Part shown: one piece after another, positions 12,992-24,072 of the stretch
Layout of the letters: every line of letters begins with the position of its first letter
How positions within the stretch are numbered: position 1 is the stretch's first letter
Source: Schmidtea polychroa
Taxonomy: Eukaryota
Direction: 5' to 3'
Length of the DNA stretch: 64,000 bases
Assembly: GCA_044892525.1 (NCBI GenBank)
Contig: CM097886.1
Span: 30,070,001 to 30,134,000 of the forward strand
Notes under the pieces: generated by a model
Seen by the model: only the letters and a program-made list of their open reading frames with translations
Databases searched by the model: none
Told to the model about the DNA's origin: nothing
Translations under genes and position numbers: made by a program

Positions 12992-15867
12992 TGTCGACGA
13001 CAGAGATCCAATGCTCAACTCAACAGTCGACAAAGATTAATGCAATTTTCACTGTTCCAGTCCTCTATGACAATAAATCATATGATTTTCTCATTGATTC
13101 TGGGGCAGATGTCAGCGTTATCCCAACAAAAATATTTAAACCCGATTCCAGAATTGCACCGATCAGACTCATAGCGGCTAACAACTGTAGCATAAAAGTA
13201 CATGACTCAAAAGTTCTACACTTTACGATTGAAGGTCAAAAGCAGCATTTCAAATTGGAATTTATCGTAGCAGATGTTTCTCGCCCAATTCTTGGGGCAG
13301 ACTTTCTATTATATTATAGATTTCTAGTGGATTGCAAAAATGCTAAAATCTTCATCGGAAATACAGCTATCACAAATGTTAATAAAGGAAGCAATTCAGT
13401 CAGCTCTGAGCATGCAATGGCAATCGAAACAACTGGGCCACCAATTGCGCAGTCAGTAAGACGCCTGGGTGGACGCATGCTTGAAGCCGTTCAAACTGAA
13501 TTCGATACCTTGATCAAAAAGGGAATCCTAAGGGAAAGTAAGAGTGACTGGGCGTCACCATTGGTAATAGTTAAGAAGAAAGATGGATCAATACGCCCAT
13601 GCGGTGACTACAGACTCCTGAACTCAGTCACGAAAGTCGACAAATATCCTCTGCCCAGAATAAGCGACATCTTAGATCAACTCGGGGGAAGCAAAATATT
13701 TTCAACGATCGATCTGGAAAAGGCATATCACCAAATCCTAATTGAAGCAAACGACATCCCAAAAACAGCAATAATTACACCTTTTGGGCTATACGAATAC
13801 CTCAAAATGCCTTTTGGACTGAGGAAAGCATCACAAACTTTCCAAAGATTCATGGACAAGCTTCTACGTCCATACAGGATGTTCTCCAGAGCGTACATCG
13901 ATGACATAATCATTTTCTCTAAATCGAATGAAGATCATGAAAAACATTTGCAAACAATCGAAAAAGTTCTAAAAGATGCACATTTATCAATAAATAAAGA
14001 TAAAAGCTGATTGGCTAAAAATCAGGTTAACTTTCTTGGATTTCACATTTCAGACTCAGGAATCTCACCCCAAACCGATAAGATTCAAGCAATCACCTCC
14101 TGTTCAAGGCCAGGCGATGCTAAGGCACTGAGACAATTTATTGGAATGGTAACATTCTATCACTGGCTAATACCGAATTTGGCGGATATAATGGCTCCGT
14201 TACATGAACTGACATCAAACGGAGCAAAAGACAAACGTAAATATATCTGGAAAGATCAACACTCGCAAGCATTTGAAACGGCAAAGAAAAAACTGCAAGA
14301 AATCACTGAAATGATCCCTCCAGATTCGCAACGCACATTCATCGTATGCACGGATGCATCGGACATTGGAATTGGTGCAAGCCTTAATCACAGAACGGCA
14401 GAAGGTAAACTTACACCAATCAGTTTTTTCTCTAGAAAGCTCAACAAAACTGAACAAAGATATTCAACATTTGACCGAGAACTATTAGCTGCCTATTTAG
14501 CCATCAAAAATTTCAAACATCACCTGGATGGCAATACATTCAAATTATTAACCGATCACAAGCCATTGGTATACATAAATACAATGAAAGACCCATCCAA
14601 TAGACAATGGCGATGGATCCAGTTCATAAACGAATTTGATGCAAAGATAATTCACATCAAAGGGAAAGACAACATTATCGCAGATTTCCTATCAAGACAA
14701 TCTAATTCAGACAACAATACTCTCAATATTGTTGAGACTGTGCCGATGACAAAAAATGAAATAATTAATCAACAAAGACAACAATCATTCGCCCAAACCT
14801 TGAAGCCAAATCACTCATTTAAAATAAGTATAGATGATGACGGAATCCTAGTGGATATGTCTACTGGCTCCCCTCGAATAATACTGCCAGAACCATTTCA
14901 ATTCAGGGAATTCCAGCGGCTTCATAATTTATGCCACCCAGGAGCAAATGGGACAATAAAATTGATATCGTCAAAATATGCGTGGCCCTGTATGCGAGCA
15001 CAAATTAGGGAGTGGTGTAGAATGTGTGAAAAGTGTCAAAGAAATAAAGTGACGAGACACACAAAGTCGAGCTTGAAGGAACTTCCAGAAGCAGGAAAAT
15101 TCAAAGTCATTCATATCGACATTGTCGGCCCACTCCCATCAGTAAATAATAAAAGATTCATGCTTACTATAATTGACAGACACACCTTATGGCAAGAAGC
15201 AATTCCTATCTCTGATATCACAAGCAGTTTAGTAACCAAAACAGTAGAAAATGAGTGGATAGCTCGATACGGAGCCCCCGAGATAATGATCACAGACAAT
15301 GGTAAGCAATTCATTTCATCCACATTTAGAGAATTCTGTGAAAAGCACAACATCGATCACAGACACACAACACCATACCATCCCCAATGCAATGGCAAAG
15401 TTGAAAGATTTCATAGAACTCTCAAGACGGCTTTGAGAACACATTCAGAAGATGCAAATAGAAATTGGGCCCATGATCTACCATTGGTATTACTGGGGCT
15501 TCGAAATGTCGTTTCAGAAGACAATAATCAATCACCAAGCCAAGCGGTCTTTGGAATCAATGGGAAACTATCTGGAGACACTACAATTAAAAGAACTAGA
15601 AAACAAAATTGGAAAACATTCTTTCCAGAGGATTTGAAGACATGCACTCATGTATGGCTTAAAGTGGAAACAAGAACAACTTTAAGGGCTATGTATGATG
15701 GACCATTCCAAATTATTAGTCGAAGCCCAGACCTCAAAACTTTCGAAATTCAACTTCCGACAAGAAACCTTCGTGTTTCGGTAGACAAGTTAAAACCCGC
15801 GTACATTTCAACCAATAACAAATCACTCCTTGATCTAGGTGGAGGGCTATGTAGTCAAACCAATTAA
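12991..15867 (+). pseudogene. Pol (PR-RT-RH-IN) with one in-frame TGA at 14008-14010
   Basis: LIDSGADVS protease; RPCGDYR, YIDDII RT; CTDASD RNase H; HNLCH/C..C and DIVGP...TDNG...ERFHR integrase. Confidence 0.93.
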
Positions 15868-17039
15868 ATCAATATAAATATTAAATTAATATTTATATTA
15901 ATAATAACATATTTAAAAACTTTGTTTTAATATATTATTAATTTGATAAAAAAAGAATTTGAAAAAGTCGTCTTACTTATTAATAATAATGCAAATCAAT
16001 GTAGAAGACAACAGTCCCCCCAACTCAACTTTTCGACTGGTATTTATACCATTTTATTTATTTAAATCTATTAATAGCAATTATTTAATTACTATTTTTA
16101 TTATATATTTTTAAACAATTACTATTTTTGTTACAAATCTATTTTTAGTAATTGTTTATTACTATTTATATTTTAATTCTAATTTTAGTAATTTTTAAAT
16201 ACTATTTATATTTTAATTCTAATTTTAGTAAATTTTTTAAATACTATTTTTAATTAATTATTATTTAATTCCAAAACTTTTGATTCCGGTTCCTACTGAA
16301 CCCCAACATCTGCATTGTCACTAACTAGTGCTAATGGTCAACCAATATGTCAATTATTTGATGAAAAAATTACTAGTAAGACGAGTTCGAGTTGATCCGT
16401 CGATATTAACAGGTCATCAGTTGGGTCTTAATTTTAAACATGCAATCTATCCACTGAAAACCAAAGAAATTGTTTCATTTGCAATAGCCAAAGGTGCAAA
16501 GGAACAAATATTTGGAAATAGAAGAATGCCAAACTTTATTTTGATAACATTTCAATCTGAAACTCAATATAATAAATCATACAGTGTTTCAAGCTCAATT
16601 TTCAAAAACTTTGGTGTTACATCCTTGTCATTATCTAAAAATACTGATTATAGAGAAACATAATCAAGATTTTGATAATGATAATTACTGTGCTACATAT
16701 ATGTAAAGTATTGTGAAAAATATGGGCTATTTAGATAAAAATTTGAATTGTGTTATAACTCTAGAAGAATTCAAAACCAAATATCCGTTCTTTACATTTG
16801 TTTTGGCACCTGATTTTGATTTTGAATCAGAGTCAATTACCTCAAAATGGAAATTTACGATTAGATATAAAGTTTGCAAAAGCTATTGTAAAACCTGTGC
16901 ATGTTATAATATATGGAGTATTTGAAAATGAGGTACAAATTACTGGAAATAGAGCTGTTCTGGTATAGGTATAAATGCGTTTGGTAATATTAAAAATTTG
17001 TCATGGAGTAAGGTCTTCGTGTAATATTTAATTTATTGA

Positions 17040-17400
17040 TGTAGTTCTATACAGGTCAATCGAATTGGAAAACAGATTTTAGGAAATGAGTTTGTTGGAG
17101 TATATCCATTCGATAAAATACCATATTTACGTAATAATCAAGCCATAATCGTCAATACCCATTCATCACATCTTGGTGGTGAACATTGGATTGGAGTCTA
17201 TGTAAAACCCGATATGATACATGTATTCGATCCTATGACATTCTATTATCCTGCTTTATTGGTATCAAAATTGCAAACAATGAGTAAAAAAAAAACCTAT
17301 TGTATATAATAAAGCAATGTTTTAAAATCCAATGACTCAAACATGTGGTCAGCACTGTTTAATATGGTTGATGTATAAAAATTTGATTTATAATAAATGT
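17040..17400 (+). pseudogene. Adenain-like cysteine protease of the Polinton
   Basis: Manual translation: FVGVYPFDKIP...AIIVNTHSSHLGGEHWIGVY...VFDP...QTCGQHC (His/Asp/Cys motifs); in-frame stops. Confidence 0.85.
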
Positions 17401-17532
17401 TTCTGGTTTTATTTTATTGTTTAATCTATTTTATAGATTTTTAAATTTATATGTTGTTGATTGTTTGATTTTTAAAATCGCAATCACTCTATAAACATTG
17501 ACATTGGTATTTTTGTCACAATTTATTTTCAA

Positions 17533-20500
17533 ATGGATTCAAACAATTCAAAAGTTGTTGATGGTCATTTTAAATTTTAATTTTATATAGTTATTTACTT
17601 TATTATTTTAGATGTTTTTATCGGAGATTGGTTCCTGATTACGGAAAATGAAGATCTCCTGAATATTTCCAGAATTTTTGAAAATTGTAAATTATTTTAA
17701 TTTTATATATTTTTTTTAAACATGCATATTTTAGTTGTAATTAATGAAGAAATAAATTATGTCTCCGATGGGATAATTATGGAACCCGAAGATGTCCATG
17801 AAAAATTTTGGTGTTTTTTGTTTTATTTTTTATTTTATATGTTAATAATTATTGTAAGATGATATAATAATTTCCAACGAATTACTTACATAACCAGGTC
17901 ACTAGACCTTGATATCTATTGAATGATGCGGGAATGCTTGTATAACTAAATTAAGTAAGTGTGTTTGTCTTCTGTGTCAACAGTATCACTTAAACTAATA
18001 ATTCTCCCTTTTGTAGATTACGCAATTCAATGTACTATAAATAGTATAACGATTGTGTGTTCCGTTTAGATTTTTGAAGTGAATAAAGATTTCTGTAAAA
18101 CTATGTCTTCTTCTAACATGGCGACCACGCCAGGACTCCAGAACTATATCAAGCCACCTAATCAATTGCTGCCAAATGGTGATTTAGAAATTTTTATTTT
18201 TGAATTGAAGAGATTTTTCGAAGTCACTCAACAACCGCAAGAAACTTAAGAAATTTTTACCAAGGCCTTTCTGTCGGTAGAGTTGATCCAGAAATATGAA
18301 GAAGTACAGAGCGATTATTCAGGCTATGAAGAAAGATTAAGAAAAGCGTTCGAGCTAAGGAAAAATCTAGCCATGGATCTAGACGCAGCTTTAAGATATC
18401 GAAAAGGAAATGACTCGTGCACCGAATTTTTCAATAAAGTGGAAAAGCTCGTCGACAATGTTCTTCGACACAAATTAACAAAACCGGCATTAATGTTATT
18501 TTTAATGCAGAATGCAATGGAAGATATGGAAACAAAAAAAGAATTGAAATTAAGAGAAGTTAAATCAGTAGATAAGGCCAAGGAAGTGATATCAAGAATG
18601 GAAGAAATTCAAAAAGAGCTTTCAAGTGAACAATCATTAGCATTTCTACATGAAAATAAATCATATGCGGAGACAGTCAAAAGTCCGAGAAAAACTCAGT
18701 TGTACCCACAAAATAAGACGCCAATATTTTCTAACTCTAGAACCAATGAGGCCGTGAACTTCAATATGCCAAATAAAAGTGACTGGAAGAACGGGACCAG
18801 GCGATTTAGACTGCAGTGATGTTGGGCGTGTGGAGAGCAAGGACATATTCGAGCAGAATGCCCAAACGTAAAATGCTCTCAATGTTCCAAAAATGGTCAT
18901 TTCAAGTATCAATGTTGGGACATCAGAAGAAATTCAGTTAAAACAGAAGCATATTACAACGGAAGAAATTATGATAAAAATCAAAAACAATTTGGATCCA
19001 GAGGACAATATCAAAGCAGAAACCAATCTTCAGACAGAGGACAACATCGAAGACAATGCAAAGCGATATACGACTACAAATACGAGGAAGGAGAGCTGAT
19101 TCAACAGGATGACATGCAAAAAGATTGCGAACAGCTAAAAGGGGAGGCTCCAGTTTCAAGGGAGTTGCTAGGAGCCATAAATTTGGTTTAAGTAAGTATA
19201 TTGTTGACACAGAATGTTTGAATTTGAATGCTTGTGATTTCAAGAATTCCGTAATGAATGAATTTAAAGATGATTTAAAAATTAATGATGTAATTATGAA
19301 TGATTGTGAATGTTTTGACTTTGAAAATTTTTTGAATATAGTTTTTATGAAATTAATAACAAAATTGATAAGATTATGAGTATCGATATAATTAATAATA
19401 AAGTTAATGAAAATAAAGAAAGACCTTTTGCACCTAAATTCGTTTATGAAAGAATGAATGGCAGACCTAGTGTAGGTATTTGGCTGGAAAATAAAATAAA
19501 AGTTGATTGTCTTTTGGATATCGGGGTTAGAATAAACGTGATTAGCGAAGATGTTGTTAGTAAATTAAAGATGCGTGATAAAATAGGGGAATCCAATATT
19601 ATGGTTACATGTGCAAACGAGAGCACACTTAAAATCATAGAAACAATATTACTAAAAGTGAGAATTTCGGGATTAGAATTGGTAATAAGATTCTTTGTGG
19701 CAAATAAGATTAACCCGAGCGTAATTGCAGGCGTAGAAATGATGAATTGTTTTGATATTAAATTACAAGCAGTAACTAAAGTAAAATTAAAAAATCAATT
19801 AATGAATTTAGAGGAAAACCATTTGAAAGGAATTATCGACCCAACGATTAATAAATTACTTAAAGAATTTTCGGATATATTCATGAAAAATAAATGGGAT
19901 GTAGGAAAAACACAGTTAATTAAACATAAGATAGTTACTAGAGGTAGCCCAGTGACAATTAATCCTAGACGTCAGCCGATTCATATTGCTCACAAAATAC
20001 TAGACATGCTAAAAGACATGGAAGAAGCAGGAATTATAAAAAAATGTGACTCGGTGTGGAATAGCCCATTGGTATGTGTGTTAAAAAAGAATAAATCAGA
20101 TATTAGAATATGTTTGGATTTTCGGGCACTAAATTCAATTACGGAGAGACCTCGATTTCCAATACCAAATATTGAAGAGATGCTGGATATCCTAAATGGA
20201 GCACAGATATTTAGCACTATCGATCTTGGTAATGCTTATTATCAAGTGGAATTAGAAGAGGAATCAAAAATAAAGACTGCATCTTCAACAAAAGATGGTC
20301 AATATTGTTTTAACCGAATGCCTTTTGGAATTGCAGCTGCCCCAGCAACTTTTCAAAAATTAATGACTCAAGTTTTGGGTGATCTTAATTGGAGAGAAGC
20401 AATTGTCTATTTAGACGATATCCTTATATTTTTAGACAATGAAATCGAACATAAAAAAAGACTAGAAAGAGTTTTTCGAAAGATTCAAGAAGCTGGTTTG

Positions 20501-22641
20501 AAAATAAGCTTAGAAAAATGTTGTTTTAACAAACTAGAAATAAAATTTTTGGGACAAATTATAAATATAAAAGGTATTAAGACAGATTATGAAAAGATAA
20601 AAGCAATGCAAGAATACGAAAAACCAAAATGTATTAAACGTTTAAGAAGCTAGCTTTCTAGGCTTAACAAATTATTATCGAAAATTTGTTAAAGATTACG
20701 CCAAGTATGCCAGACCATTAGAAAGGTTATGTGGGTCTAACAAAGATAAACGTATATGGACTGAAGAATGTGAAACAAATTTCAACACGCTAAAGAAAGC
20801 GTTAACGTCTACCCCAGTACTAGGATTTCCGGATTTACGAAAAACCTTTATTTTAGATACAGATGCTAGTTTCGATACGATTGGGGAGTGCTTTCGCAGT
20901 TGAGTAGTAATGGACATGAACAAGTTATTGCATATGGATCAAAGACAATGAATAAGCACGAAATCGGTTACTGCATTACGCGAAAGGAATTGCTTCCAAT
21001 CTATCATTTTACTCAGCATTTCAAACACTATCTATATGGAAAAAGATTTACTTTAAGAACCGATCATAAAGCTATAACCTTTATGATAAATACAAAAAAG
21101 CCAATTACAGCACAATTCCAAACATGGATTAACTATTTAAGTGGGCTAGATATCAAATTAGAATACAGAAAAGAAGAATTGCATGCTAGCGCAGATGCCC
21201 TATCAAGAAAAGACTGTACTTCATGTAGTTAGTGCCAAACAGTTCATGAAAACGCCAAGGTAGATAAAAATAAAACTAAAATATTGGCCATAGAAAATAT
21301 GGACCAAGAAATAAGAATAAATAATGAAGGTATAATTTTTAATATACATTAAGACTTATGTCACGCAGAGGTAAAAATAATTTACGAATATGCATGGAAA
21401 AATATGAAAATAAAAATTAGTGAAAACGAAGTTAGAAGAGTGATTGAAAATTGTGAACAGTGTCAGAAACGGAAGACGTGGACAAGACGAACAAAAGAAC
21501 CGCTGATTAAACAGACTACAGATGAAGTTTTCAAAGAGATATTTATTGATTTCTGCGGACCATTTAAGAAACCAATTCATGGAAAACAATATATTTTAGC
21601 TATAATTGACCAATTCAGTAGGTATATATCATTGACGGCAGTTGCTCATTAGGATGAAAAGACGACGGCAAAGATTTTAAGAAAATTGGATTTTGAAATT
21701 TGGTGCCCCTAAAATCATTCACTCCGATAGAGGAAAAACATTTGAATTTCAACTCCTTTTAGAAGTGTTGAAAACTTATCATATTACAATAATATATTCA
21801 AGCCCATATCATCATAGTACAAATGGGTTAGTTGAGAGGCAATTTAGAACTATAAGGGATGCAATTGCAATTACGTTAAAAGACAAACGGCATAAAGATT
21901 GGGCAGAAATATTGCCAGATGTGAAATTTATGTTAAATGCGACGATACAGCAGACAACCGGATTTTCGCCCTCTGAAATAATATTTGGGCGGAATATTTG
22001 TAGACAATGGATGGAAAAAGAGAATTTGGATATACAAAATAATGATGCTAATAATCGGAGAAGGGAGATCGTGGAGGGAATTAAACATAAACAAAACATA
22101 GAAAAGAATTTAATTACACAAAATTATAGGAATTTTGAAGTTGGAGACCAAGTATTGGTTAAAAAAGAAAATACTAGAAAGATGGATGAACGTTATGAAG
22201 GGCCTTATGAAATAACTGGAAAACGACATAACAGAAGCTATGTTCTAAAGAATAAGCAAGGCAAAGAAATAATTCGAAATGTAGAATGGACCAAAAGTTT
22301 TAAATGGAGGGGGATGTAAGATGATATAATAATTTCCAACGAATTACTTACATAACCAGGTCACTAGACCTTGATATCTATTGAATGATGCGGGAATGCT
22401 TGTATAACTAAATTAAGTAAGTATGTTTGTCTTCTGTGTCAACAGTATCACTTAAACTAATAATTCTCCCTTTTGTAGATTACGCAATTCAATGTACTAT
22501 AAATAGTATAACGATTGTGTGTTCCGTTTAGATTTTTGAAGTGAATAAAGATTTCTGTAAAACTATGTCTTCTTCTAACAATTATAGTAATAATATTAAT
22601 GATTTTTATAATAATGATTTTAATAATATTTATAATTTTTA

Positions 22642-22682
<41 letters not shown>

Positions 22683-22717
22683 TTAATAATAATAATAATA
22701 ATAATAATCAGTTATAA
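17533..22717 (+). CDS. Predicted four-exon small acidic/Asn-rich gene inside the Polinton, intron 3 interrupted by the gypsy
   Basis: Exons 17533-17563, 17612-17686, 17735-17810, 22588-22717. GT-AG introns of 48, 48 and (after removing the LTR element and one TSD) 44 nt give one open frame: MDSNNSKVVDDVFIGDWFLITENEDLL...HEKFCNNIND...(N)nQL*. Confidence 0.5.
18118..19190 (+). pseudogene. Gag with two CCHC knuckles
   Basis: One frame with in-frame TAA (18247) and TGA (18817), then CWACGEQGHIRAEC and CSQCSKNGHFKYQC. Confidence 0.85.
19200..22319 (+). pseudogene. Pol (PR-RT-RH-IN), multiple stops and frameshifts
   Basis: LLDIG, CLDFRALN, YLDDIL, DTDASF, RTDHKA, IDFCGPF, HSDRG, STNGLVER and YEGPY motifs spread over several ORFs. 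Confidence 0.92.
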
Positions 22718-22973
22718 TTCAAAATTCTTATAGTTTCAAAAATTAAAAATTTTAGATATTTATCCTGATAATTTTGAGTGTTTTTAAATAGGTTTTTTAT
22801 ATTGTATGTATTGATTGTTGTATTAAATTAAATAATTAATAAAAAATTTTTAAATTATTAAATTAAATTTTAAATGTTAAAATTTTAAAAAAAAAATAAT
22901 ATATTTTTTTTATAAAATAAAAAAAAATTTTTTTATATATAATTAATAAATTTGTTTAAAATCTTTAATTTAA

Positions 22974-23357
22974 TGAGTTATTATATCCCACCTGATGATG
23001 AAAACTGTCGAAATTAATCGTGAAAAGAATGTTATCTTATATTTTAAAAAAAATTTTAATTCTGATTTACCTTTGGAAAGTGATAATTTAATTCCTCCTT
23101 CAGAATTATATTTATTTTCTCACAGACCCTTCAAATTATTGTGATCAAATTGATAAATTGTAATTTTAACAAACCATTTATGATTTTGATGTGTGTCAAA
23201 ACTTATTAGTTTTATTGACCTGAATAAATGTTCACAAAATTTGTGCCAAAGTTTTAATTTATGGTGTTTTATTAGAAATGTTTATGCACATTCTTGTCAA
23301 TGTGAGTCAGACAGTACATTATTAACGTGTGAGTATTGGTTGGAATTCAAATACTAA
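22974..23357 (+). other. Cys-rich ORF remnant in the Polinton accessory region
   Basis: Broken frames ending DLNKCSQNLCQSFNLWCFIRNVYAHSCQCESDSTLLTCEYWLEFKY*; no family recognised. Confidence 0.25.
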
Positions 23358-23514
23358 TTTAGCCATGGTTTCATGACAGATTGATGACGCTTGTAATATT
23401 ACATTCGAAATCACTTCACAACTCATTATCAATAGTAAATTTCAAATAAAAATTAGCATTTCACTTTCAATTGATTTGTAAAAATAATAATAATAATAAT
23501 AATAATAAAACAAT

Positions 23515-23650
23515 AAAATGATAATTTAAGCCTTTTGCTGCAAATAATGTATTTAATGAAAGAATTTTCGACTATAAAAAAACTATCTTATAGTCGAAAA
23601 TTCTTTCATTAAATACATTATTTGCAGCAAAAGGCTTAAATTATCATTTT
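23515..23650. repeat. Perfect palindrome with 63-bp arms (foldback element), next to (AAT)n and an assembly gap
   Basis: 23515-23577 is the reverse complement of 23588-23650, with a 10-nt loop; a second family copy lies at about 58300-58472. Confidence 0.9.
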
Positions 23651-24072
23651 CTTGTTTTAAATAATAAATGCTGCTACCATGCANNNNNNNNNNNNNNNNN
23701 NNNNNNNNNNNNNNNNNNNNNNNNNNNNNNNNNNNNNNNNNNNNNNNNNNNNNNNNNNNNNNNNNNNNNNNNNNNNNNNNNNNNNNNNNNNNNNNNNNNN
23801 NNNNNNNNNNNNNNNNNNNNNNNNNNNNNNNNNNNNNNNNNNNNNNNNNNNNNNNNNNNNNNNNNNNNCAATATTAAACAATTAAATGATAATTTAAGCA
23901 TTTGTTGTCAAGTATATATTTAATAAAATGAAATATAAATTCAAAATATAAATTTGCCACTAAAATATTAATAATATATAACTACGACTTGTTTATTTTA
24001 TATTTATCAGGTTCTTTATATCCTCGATACTGTGTATCTGGAATCGGCCATAACTCCAAATCCCATGATCGA

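Larger units (their letters stand above)
12070..16013 (+). mobile_element. Full-length Ty3/gypsy LTR retrotransposon
   Basis: 164-bp LTRs 12070-12233 and 15850-16013 (2 mismatches seen); 5-bp TSD GTCCC; PBS TGGTGTCAGAAGTG (tRNA-Leu type); PPT GGTGGAGGGCTA. Confidence 0.96.
11284..16308. mobile_element. About 1.08-kb solo-LTR-like element (TG...CA, 4-bp TSD) hosting a nested gypsy
   Basis: Starts TGTTAGGTTC, ends GAACCCCAACA; TSD TCTG at 11280-11283 and 16309-16312; removal restores the MCP frame. Net length is 1076 bp without the gypsy. Confidence 0.8.
10732..16968 (+). pseudogene. Polinton major capsid protein (double jelly-roll), split by insertion 11284-16308
   Basis: CGKSELCIF, DFLDQPKYLLPGVNVHIRLKRTDS | ALSL...LLVRRVRVDP, NGNLRLDIKF, IIYGVFENEVQI; coding parts are 10732-11283 and 16313-16968. 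Confidence 0.9.
17853..22580 (+). mobile_element. Full-length but defective Ty3/gypsy LTR retrotransposon
   Basis: 266-bp LTRs 17853-18118 and 22315-22580 (1 mismatch seen); 5-bp TSD ATTAT; PBS TGGCGACCACGCCAGGAC (tRNA-Arg-like); PPT GGAGGGGGA. Confidence 0.96.

Noticed and set aside
22991-23020. Hammerhead-like CTGATGA...GAAA
   Set aside because: Stem II would be only 2 bp and no stems I/III are evident.
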